DNA of 64,000 nt, from contig OX597838.1 of NCBI GenBank assembly GCA_951406725.2, forward strand, positions 868,001 through 932,000, in the 5' to 3' direction. This DNA comes from Octopus vulgaris (taxonomy: Eukaryota). The notes beneath the pieces were generated by a model that searched no databases, was not told the origin of the DNA, and saw only the letters and a program-made list of their open reading frames with translations. How positions within the stretch are numbered: the first letter of the stretch is position 1; every line of letters begins with the position of its first letter. The translations under genes and the position numbers were made by a program. This document shows positions 53,911 through 64,000 of the stretch, one piece after another.

Positions 53911-54879
53911 CTAAACTCTCAACTCCTGTCCCGGTGCACAGTTAGCTCAGTGGATAAACAGATCAATGATCAAAGAGCTCAATGGACGCATAGCTGTGTG
54001 AACAAAGAGATCAATGTTCAAACAACTGAGTAGACAAGTCGATCAGGGGCCAAACACAGCTCGGCCTTCATCAAGGGTCTGAGTTCGGAAGCAAACAGCA
54101 TTGAACGCTAGTTGCCATGTGATATGATGAGGTCCCAGGGTCGATGTGGTATACCTTCACATATCAACGGGTCCCAACGTTCCACATCAAATATCACAGC
54201 AAAGGATATCGGGATACATTCAGATACAGCACCTTGCTATAAGATGTTGTTCTAGACTTAAGTTCAAAGCATTCCAACCGTGACCATCCGCTTTTAATCT
54301 GACTTACTATATTATACAATGTGTTCTCGTGTTTTTGAGGTATTATTTTGTGATTTTGAAGAAGTTTTGAGCATTCCTTTGAGCATGTTTAACGACCACA
54401 TAGGAAGTCTGTCATTGGTTCTAAAAATGGTAAAGCTTCCGTCTTGTCTGTCAGAATCTCGAGATGTCAGTCACTGGTTCCAGACATGTTCTATTTTATT
54501 CCATTATTTTATTGCTCAGGAAGGGCGCGGCTGTGGCCTCCACCTTGACAACTCAATGTCTCCTAGACAGATGTGACTGATGTGACTAATGTGATTGAAG
54601 TGAGTGATGTCCAGTCTAAATAACTGCAATTCAATGTCTGCAGGGCAAATTCGAAGAATTCTGAGAAATCTGGTCTCGTTCGAATGTTTATAACTGCAGG
54701 AATACCGTTAAACACACCCAGAAGGCAGGTGGAGGTGAAGTATTCCGGTGATATGGTACCATACCCCACCACACCACCACCACCACCACTACCACATCAG
54801 TTACCAATCGTCTAAAGCCAACGACGGTCTCCGTCAGTTAATGTTGGTACCAAAACACACCATATTCACTGAATACTAT

Positions 54880-54980
54880 TTCTGACATTCTTCGGCATTC
54901 TTCGGCATTCTTCGACATTCGCTGGCATTTTTCGTTTTCCTTCGGTGTTCTTCGTTGCTTTTCGACATTCTTCGGTCTTT
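54880..54980. repeat. 10-bp degenerate minisatellite (CATTCTTCGG)
   Basis: About 10 imperfect units. Confidence 0.8.
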
Positions 54981-55070
54981 TTCCAAAATTGTTAAAAGGT
55001 TTCTGCTTGGAAGCAACAAGTTATTTTCTTCTGGGTTGTTTGTATTTCAGTGTAAGTAACGACAACATGG

Positions 55071-55107
<37 letters not shown>

Positions 55108-55249
55108 TACACGCAAGTACACGCACACACACATACACACATACACACACACACACGCACACACATGCACACGTGCGCACATACACACTCTCTCTCTCAC
55201 ACACACACACGCATTAACACACATTGATAAATTTATTTATGTTTACATA

Positions 55250-55286
<37 letters not shown>

Positions 55287-55436
55287 CTACATTATGTATG
55301 TATACATACATCTCTGTGAATGTGTGTGTGTGAGAGAGCAAGGAGGCAGCTATTTATTTATTCTCCTGCATATACCTATACATTTTACTAACGACATGTA
55401 TACACACATACATAAACATTCAGCAATACATATAAA

Positions 55437-55470
<34 letters not shown>

Positions 55471-55904
55471 GCACACACATTTATAAGTCATACATAAATA
55501 CACATTCCCTCATTCACAAAATCACACACACGCGCGCATACACATATGCATACACACATACACATAGACACATAGACACATACGCACGTGCATCCACACA
55601 CACACACACACACACACCACACCCATGTTATCTATGTAAACACAGAAAGGGAGGTAATCTGATCTAATTAACATTTTTCTATTCTCTCCCTGGGGTTGGG
55701 AAGGGAACAGGAGTGGGGGTGGGGCACATACATCAAATACCAACTGTTCGATCTCTAACAACAACAACAACAACCAATAAATATTGCCAGAAGATCAATA
55801 AACCCTTTATCTTTATTAATTTGCTTCTCCGGGATTTTTTTTTAATAAATCTAATCTAGACTTGTTTTTTGTTACATTATTATTATTATTATTATTATTA
55901 TTGC

Positions 55905-55941
<37 letters not shown>

Positions 55942-56037
55942 GCTATTGTTATTGTTGTTCTTTGCATGTTTTTATACTGTGCCCATCTTACAAGTTTTGT
56001 AACATTTCCATAAGTACAACAGTATGTGTGTGTGTGT

Positions 56038-56079
<42 letters not shown>

Positions 56080-56341
56080 GTGTGTGTGCGTGCGTGTGTG
56101 TGTGTGTATTCGCACACGCAGGTTCTTGCTCATGCATAGTTATGTCCGCAACATGTTTGTGTAGAATGCTTAACATACACATTTATTAACATCGACCACA
56201 TAAGTAATTAAACACACACACACACACACACACACCAAACAAATACCATTTTCCAAAAGACCTCCTAACTTCGTTAAATATAAAATTAGATTAGACTTAA
56301 CTAAATTATGAATGTAGCTATGCACACACAGATGTGTGTAT

Positions 56342-56386
<45 letters not shown>

Positions 56387-56600
56387 CACATGTATGTGTG
56401 TGTGTATGTGTGTGTGTGCCGTCCATTTATATATAGATTCAGATCAACTGGTAGCGATGTGCTTTTGACCGATCTTTTTTCGGTAACTTTTTTATTTTTC
56501 TCTTTCATTTTGGTTTGTATTGTGTTTTTCTTGTGGGATGAGAGTGGGGGGGGGGCTAATGAGTCAAAACGAACACAATATGATAGATATATACATACAT

Positions 56601-56655
<55 letters not shown>

Positions 56656-56699
56656 GTATTATTAATATGCGCTGGTGAATGCCATTCATCTATTGTTCT

Positions 56700-56741
<42 letters not shown>

Positions 56742-56834
56742 TATAAATGTATACATAGTATATGTCTCTGTGCCTGATGAGGCATGTGTGTTTTCGCCGA
56801 CAAAATGTTATTAAACTAATAGATATAATCAATC

Positions 56835-56885
<51 letters not shown>

Positions 56886-57139
56886 CCAAGTTACCGCGTC
56901 AGCAAACAGTGGATTCGCAGTTTCAGTTTTCCCGTTTTCCTTCCACAAATCGAGAAATAGTTTGAAAAGACATGATTTTAACATCTTTCCCAAATATTTG
57001 CCATACAAGGACAAACAGGCCCTGGCACAGTGGAGCCCCTAAATTTGTGCTCACCCCTCTCACCCACCCAAGTCTTGTTCCCTCATAAATATAACAAACT
57101 ACGCAAGATTCCTTTATTTTCTTTTATACGTTTCGTCTG

Positions 57140-57975
57140 ATCTGAGCTCGAACCCTTGGAGCGGCGATGATGCTAGAGTACCACCTATATAATTGGGGCT
57201 GATTATGCTGTACTTAGTTTTCGGTGAATTAAAGAGTTTGATGCCGCTGCTCTCACTTGTGTTTCTGGGACCACAGATGTTACATTATCCATGTGCTTCT
57301 CGAATTCATTCAAATCTCACTTTCTTTAGGAAGACATTAAAAAGTTGTAGGTATTTTAACCCTAGGCTGTTGCAGTATGTGGTCCTGATTTCGATAAAGA
57401 AAGCAGGAGACCACCGAGATGACCCCTGCTATGATTGCTTTCATCCTCAATACCAAAATTTGGCGTAATCCCTTCAAGGGTCTCCGCATATTTCCTCCGT
57501 CTTTCAACCTCTCCCTGTAGCTTTTCTCTTCCATTGAGGCAATCCTCTTCACGAAGCGGCGCTGGATTGTTTCCAGATCTGTTACTAGTTTCATGCTGTT
57601 TGGTGACCCTAGTTGGGATCAGTAGGCCAAACGGCCAAAAACAAATATTCTCTTCAAAAGCAGAAGTGCTTTCCTGCTTTCTTCTACAGAAATTATCTCG
57701 CGACCCATCCCACCATCCTTTGTCGCATCATTACCATCTTGCCAATGCGGACATGGAATTATACACCCATCCTCATATTTCTCATCAGGTCACCAACATA
57801 CTGCGCCTCCATAAATGCCAATCCCTCCAGATGTTGTTTATCCTGGTTGTGAACAGTTTGGAATTTCCCACTCTAAAATAGCATCTTACTGTCTTCAGGC
57901 CACTTGTAGATGGCGTAAGTGTCCTGCAACAAGAGCGAAGGTCCAGACCGCTTGACTTACTTTGACACTCATTGA
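57140..57975 (-). mobile_element. Heavily decayed CR1-group LINE 3' fragment
   Basis: DLETIQRRFVKRIASMEEKSYRERLK motif; same layout as 44165-45378. Confidence 0.75.
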
Positions 57976-58057
57976 TGAAAATAGAGAGACGGATATATAA
58001 CTACATACAAGTGCTGTTGGCGATTTCTTTTCCATCTTTGGACATTTCCCTTTCTCC

Positions 58058-58090
58058 TTTCCGATGAAGAGCTATGCTCGAAACGTCAAA
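58058..58090 (+). ncRNA. Minimal hammerhead motif (U4C variant) in pLTR-like repeat 58010-58160
   Basis: TTT-CCGATGA-A-GAGC-TAT-GCTC-GAAACGTC-AAA: 3-bp helix I, 4-bp helix II, ACGT palindrome, GUC site. Confidence 0.65.
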
Positions 58091-58174
58091 CTCCTTTCAA
58101 CGAGCGTCAAACTTATACAATCTTATTTGTTTATTTTAACTGTTTATTTTAATTGACTACATATATATATATAA

Positions 58175-58249
<75 letters not shown>

Positions 58250-58250
<1 letters not shown>

Positions 58251-59299
58251 TAGCAGTATCACCCGGTGTTGCTTGGATTTGTTTCGACCCTTTAGAATTG
58301 GAATTTTTGAAAATTAAAAATTTTGCATTATGCAACTTGTTATTCTCTTCAAGTGAACATTTTTCTAGTTGAAATACACCGAAAAAGGGTGACACAGCAG
58401 TCAAAAATCGTAAAAAATAGGGATTTTCATAGAAAAAAAGCACCTTTTTGATGTAAATAATTTTTTGTGTTAACATGGTCCGATTTGAATTTTATCTTCT
58501 ACAGAATGAAGAGCAAGCTGCAGGGTCTCGAAGGGGATAGTGTTAGTTGAAGGCTACCAAAGCTGCCACACACAGACAACTTCAGCTTTATATATATAGA
58601 TTTGCTACACACTACTTTCCATCCTTAATAATGAAACTTGGTAGATCCAAAAGTTAAACACACAGACACACACACAGACACACAAGTTGAGTTTTATGTA
58701 TATAGATTTCTCAACGGGGATTTCAAGGGAGAGTTTCAGGGAGTCGCTGGCGATGTATCGTGATGATCAAAAATCCGGCCTGCTAAAATTTGGTTAAAGT
58801 GATTCAAACTGCAGACTCAACGCAAAATGGTCACATTTAATTCAAAGCGTTAAAAATGTTATGAAAACTATAGGTATGTGTTCACAAAACCCAAACGATT
58901 AATACGAAAAAACCCTCCAGGTTACATCCCGAAAATTCATTTCTTTGCTGAATTTCTACAATGTTTACGGCGATTCGTTTTTATATGTTGATTTTTTATT
59001 TTTCATGCAATTTACGCATGCTTGCACGCGTGGTGAACACAGTTCACGTCAAACAGCTGACTGAGTAAAGTTCACTATTCAATGCATGGGATAAGGCCTA
59101 AACAAACACATTATCGATTTTTGCACTTTAAGTGACCCATTTTTGGTGGTTCTGCGATTTGTTGACTAGGAGGAGATTAAACTAGGAGTTAAACACACAG
59201 ACACACACACACAGATACACACACAGACACACACACAGATACACACACAGACACACACACAGATACACACACAGACACACAAGTTGAGTTTTATATATA

Positions 59300-59300
<1 letters not shown>
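58250..59300 (-). mobile_element. Non-autonomous Helitron(s): one 3' CTAG end, stacked 5' ends
   Basis: Minus strand ends ...CCAAGCAACACCGGGTGATACTG-CTAG|T at 58250. 5' A|TC-TATATA..AAA termini at 58600 and 58706, with a similar degenerate one at ~59300. Confidence 0.7.
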
Positions 59301-59354
<54 letters not shown>

Positions 59355-59879
59355 ACGTGAATCATGTAGGGTTGGTGTTACACTGCTGTTTTGTGTCGTC
59401 CACAGGGTCCATAATTGCTCACGATACCTTCACATCATCATCGGGGCTGAAGAAAGAGAATGGTTCCATTTATCTCTGGTCGATATTATATCTTCACGAT
59501 TTATATCGATGTTATCGAGGGCTTCCACTTCCTTACATAAACTGTATTGTCAAAGAACACACCTGGTGTGCTTTTGTCTTCAGGTGTCCACCCAGTAAGG
59601 GGCTGGATACATTTACAGTTACTCGTTCAGTATGTAATCAGAGGTCAAAAAGGATCTTGCTCAACTCGATCCTTGAGAAATCAAAATCGAAACAAAATCC
59701 AATGATTCAAAGAGTTTCCACTTCAATCGAAAAATCCTGGGGCCGCAATTCTTCTGCAGTTTCATGTTCTCTGTTCTATGACTTTGGTGGAATTTTAGGG
59801 GAATTTAACTGTTACACAGATACACACACACATGCTCCCACATATAGATATTATATATTATATATACACATTCACAGAA

Positions 59880-59952
<73 letters not shown>

Positions 59953-60875
59953 CAGAATATGCGCATGATTGTGTGTGCGTGTGTATGTGTGTATGCAGTT
60001 GCGATAATATAATTACTGGTGCAATGATATTGTCTCATCAATGTGTATCTGCCATAAAGAATCGCCATTCAACTTGCACAAATCGATCTTACATTGATCA
60101 GGTTAAAGCGATTAGTTTTATTAAACTTTTGGGATTAACTTGATCAAATTACCGAGAGAGGCGCCATCTTGAAATAGGGAAAATATCTCATGGCTTTTAT
60201 AGTTCCCTCTCTCTCTCTCCCTCTTTCTCTCTTTCTCTCTTACTCTCTCTCTCAGACTTACTCTCCTTCTCAATACAGACACACATATACATATGTATGT
60301 ATGTACGTGTGCATATATGTATGTATATATATGTGTGTGTGTGTGTGTGTGTGAGTATATATACAGAGAGAGAGGGCCACAAAGAGAGAAAGAGAAAGAG
60401 AAAAAACAAGCCATACATACGGTAATACTTCGAAGTCACTGTCAGCAGATTTCTCAGAAATATCGGACTCTACATTGTAGTAAATACTTTATTTAGCATG
60501 CGTGTGAGTGTTTGTATGTATGTATATATATGTGTGTGTGTAAAATATATATATATATGCATGTATATATATGTATTTATGTATGGATGTCTGTATGTAT
60601 GCATGTATGTATGTATGTATTTGTATGCATGTATATGTATGTATGTATGTGTGTAGGTATGTATAATGGCATTGCTCCACCAATAACCATTCTTTAGAAC
60701 TCCACGCGTATTCTTCGTTCTGGTTCTTGTCCTTTCGGTAAGAATTTGGTTTTTTGGAGTCAATCTTTGAGGACATCGCGAAAACCAAACCAAACACGAC
60801 AGACTGTTTATTAAATACTGAGGAACTCAATATTTTACAAACATTCTGCCATTTTTACTCTCTCTCTCTCCCAAA

Positions 60876-60925
<50 letters not shown>

Positions 60926-61497
60926 CTATTATCAAAAAAGTGTAATAACGTAGATTACTACCAGTGGCCCAGCACAAAAGACGAATTAGTCATTAGACAA
61001 AATATTATTCATATAGAAATATAATTAAAGGCTCCGAAATAAGGATGCCAAGTGCTAGGGACACAAAAAAGAGATAAATTCATCGAGAGTGAAAATCAAA
61101 AACATTTACCATTAACGATATATCCCGGACTGATCAGTTTCTACCTCTTTCTAGCTAAGGCCGGTTTCATCAGCGAGACGCCTTTGTTAATTCGAGATGC
61201 ACAGAGCGTTAGATCATGTGTTGATCTAAACAATTTGTAAATCTTTTCAAACCTCGGCGCAGACGCAAAATCTACCCGGTGATATAGGGCATGCCGGGAA
61301 AAAATTTTACGAACAAATCTATCAAGTAATATGTGAATATAATCTTAATATTAAACACTTTCCTTCAGCAAAACCGACCTCGTGAGAATGACCATTGAAA
61401 AGGTTATGATACCGGCCAAGCATAAAAGTAAAAGAATAAGGAATATACGAGTAAATAAATATTGGAATATAATACATGTGTGTGTGTGTGTGTAGGT

Positions 61498-61559
<62 letters not shown>

Positions 61560-61560
61560 T

Positions 61561-61660
61561 NNNNNNNNNNNNNNNNNNNNNNNNNNNNNNNNNNNNNNNN
61601 NNNNNNNNNNNNNNNNNNNNNNNNNNNNNNNNNNNNNNNNNNNNNNNNNNNNNNNNNNNN
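61561..61660. other. Assembly gap (100 N) at a (TA)n tract
   Basis: N run. Confidence 1.
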
Positions 61661-61862
61661 AGGTTAGTAGTGGAGCCAATGTATAGTTTGGAGAAGTTAG
61701 CTGCTTCTACATTGTTTTGGTCAACTATGATGTTGGCGAGTTGAAGGGGTTTAACTGGAGTTGGGGCAAAACAGCCAACAGTCAAGTATTTCAAGGCCTA
61801 CAAGGTTAGATTTCTTCAGGGCACTTTTGGATAGATAGATATAGATAGATAGTGAGAGTGAA

Positions 61863-61895
<33 letters not shown>

Positions 61896-61935
61896 CTGCT
61901 AGATACGGAGAAAGAGATAAAGAGAAAAGAAAGAA

Positions 61936-62005
<70 letters not shown>

Positions 62006-62015
62006 TGATTGATTA

Positions 62016-62101
<86 letters not shown>

Positions 62102-62899
62102 AGACAGGCAGGAAGCCAGATAGACAGATAAGAATAATCCGGGTCCATTCTTACGTGAAGTGTGGTCAATATGATGAAGAGTTTATTGGGTCCTGGGCCA
62201 GTTTTATTTCACTTCCAACTACCACCACCAACACTACCACCGTCAACATCACCACCACCACCAACACCATCACAGCTACGTCCAGGACAACCACCACTCT
62301 AACCACTTCTCAATTATTGCCTTAACGCAGTTTGCTTGACATTCCTAACTAGATCACCACATCTACAACCATCACCATCACCAACACCAACAACGCCACC
62401 ACCACCGCCACCTCACCACCACAACGACCATCACTATACCGAGCAACTCCTATACAAACCAGTCAACAAAGGAACTCTTATATGGTCCCTCATTCTGCTA
62501 GAAATAACAAGTAAATTTCCTTCAAATTACAGCTAACGTCTTAGAAAAGGAAGCAGAATAATATAGGGGTGGAATGTAGGGAATGGAGTGATGGTCACGA
62601 TTGGAATATCGTTGATCAGTGGTTTGCTCGACTGGGCTTGGAGCTAAACAACAACAAAATCCCTTAAACACGCCGCTACCCCTAATGTCACCCCCCCACA
62701 CACACACACATTTATATCAACGGTCCTATATACACACACACACATGCTCACTCTCTCTCTTTCTCTCATACACACCACCACCACCACCACCACCACCACC
62801 ACCACCACCAACAGCTCCCGTCATAATCCAGTCGCTGTTTGTTTTGGCCATTATCTTTCTCTCGTCAATTTCCCAGCCGCCATCACCAGCAGCGGCGTT

Positions 62900-62913
62900 G
62901 CTCCACCTAGCGG
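62900..62913 (-). promoter_or_regulatory. CTCF-like motif in GC-rich island
   Basis: Reverse complement CCGCTAGGTGGAGC; surrounding 62870-63090 is CpG-rich. Confidence 0.45.
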
Positions 62914-63190
62914 CTGAGCCAGGAGCGACCGGCCATAACTCTGTGTAACTTGAGCCGTTATTCTACAAGGAAGGCGGCATCGGGTTGCGCAGAGAATGAC
63001 TGTGTGGCGTTTTAACAACGGAAATTAGTGATGGTTGTCTGTCAAACATGGCCGATGCTGCTGCCGCGGCCCGCGCTCCGTCTCCCGCCACACAAACAGA
63101 AGCACACACCACACACACCAGTGTGTGTGTATATACACAGATATATATGTGTATGTATGGGTGTGTGTATACATATACATATACTTGTAC

Positions 63191-63254
<64 letters not shown>

Positions 63255-63846
63255 GTATATGTATATGAATATATGTATACACACACCCATACATACACAA
63301 ATTCACATATTTTGGTCTTCTCTCTACATATATTCACACAGACAGAACAATGAGTGTGTTTGTGCGTGTGTGAGTGCACATTCAGACATATCTACACACA
63401 CACACACACACACACATACAGCTATCAATTTTCAACACGCACACGTAAGTCTGCTCCACGCACATACATACATACATACACGCATACACACACAGACACA
63501 CACACACACATCTCTGTACAACTATCAATTTTCACCACAATCTATCTAATTATTCGATACCCCTAATCCACCCGACCTGCTCCCTTTCACTCTCTCCCTC
63601 CCTCCCTCCCTCCCTCCCTCTCCCCTCCCCCTTCGCCCCTTTTATTGCTGCTCCTTTCTCATCTTTCTCTTCAAAAAAGACTCGCACAAACAACAACTGC
63701 AGCAATAACAACGGCAACAACATTTACATCAAGAAAATGACAACAACAACAACAACAACAACATGAAGACAATCCCGTTTTACTGTCAAGAAAATCTCTC
63801 CTTTCCGTGTGTAAACACAAAACACTCAACGGAAACAGATCCGCAT

Positions 63847-63906
<60 letters not shown>

Positions 63907-64000
63907 GGGCGGCGGCGGTGGTGGTGGTGGTGGTGGTGGTGGTGGTGGTGGTGGTGGTTGTGGCGGCCTGATAATGATGACGACGACGATGATGATGATG

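Noticed and set aside
54563-54772. ORF VGYGTISP...GIP resembling a K2P potassium-channel pore loop
   Set aside because: Spacing to GIP is about 2 residues short, there is no T-T before GYG, no splice acceptor upstream (a GGT repeat), and no other channel exon is seen.
56775-56806. CTGATGA-GGC...GCC-GACA hammerhead-like motif
   Set aside because: GAAA is broken and helices I and III are not convincing.
59357-59790. 203-aa + strand ORF / possible minus-strand Penelope RT debris
   Set aside because: The plus ORF has no recognisable domain and runs into microsatellite; the minus-strand similarity is too degraded to call.

Overview
Eukaryotic, non-coding, extremely microsatellite-rich animal DNA. 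The SINE families and (TA)n/(CA)n/(GATA)n/(GGT)n density point to a cephalopod (Octopus-like) genome; this is an inference from remembered repeat families, not a database result. I find no supportable host protein-coding exon. Nearly all listed ORFs are translated microsatellites, and the real protein similarity is to decayed transposons: Tc1/mariner relics, RTE and CR1-group LINE fragments, an R4/Dong-type endonuclease tail, a Penelope GIY-YIG tail, a Gypsy PBS+gag start and a non-autonomous Helitron. There are about 15 copies of two tRNA-derived SINE families. The most interesting signal is a dense set (about 9) of minimal hammerhead-ribozyme motifs with palindromic helix III. One has an intact core interrupted by a ~100-nt structured helix-II insertion, and one sits inside a fold-back element. 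Short unique islands carry CTCF-, RFX-, YY1-, CRE- and POU/homeodomain-like motifs, suggesting an intron or gene-desert regulatory landscape. A 100-N assembly gap lies at 61561-61660.
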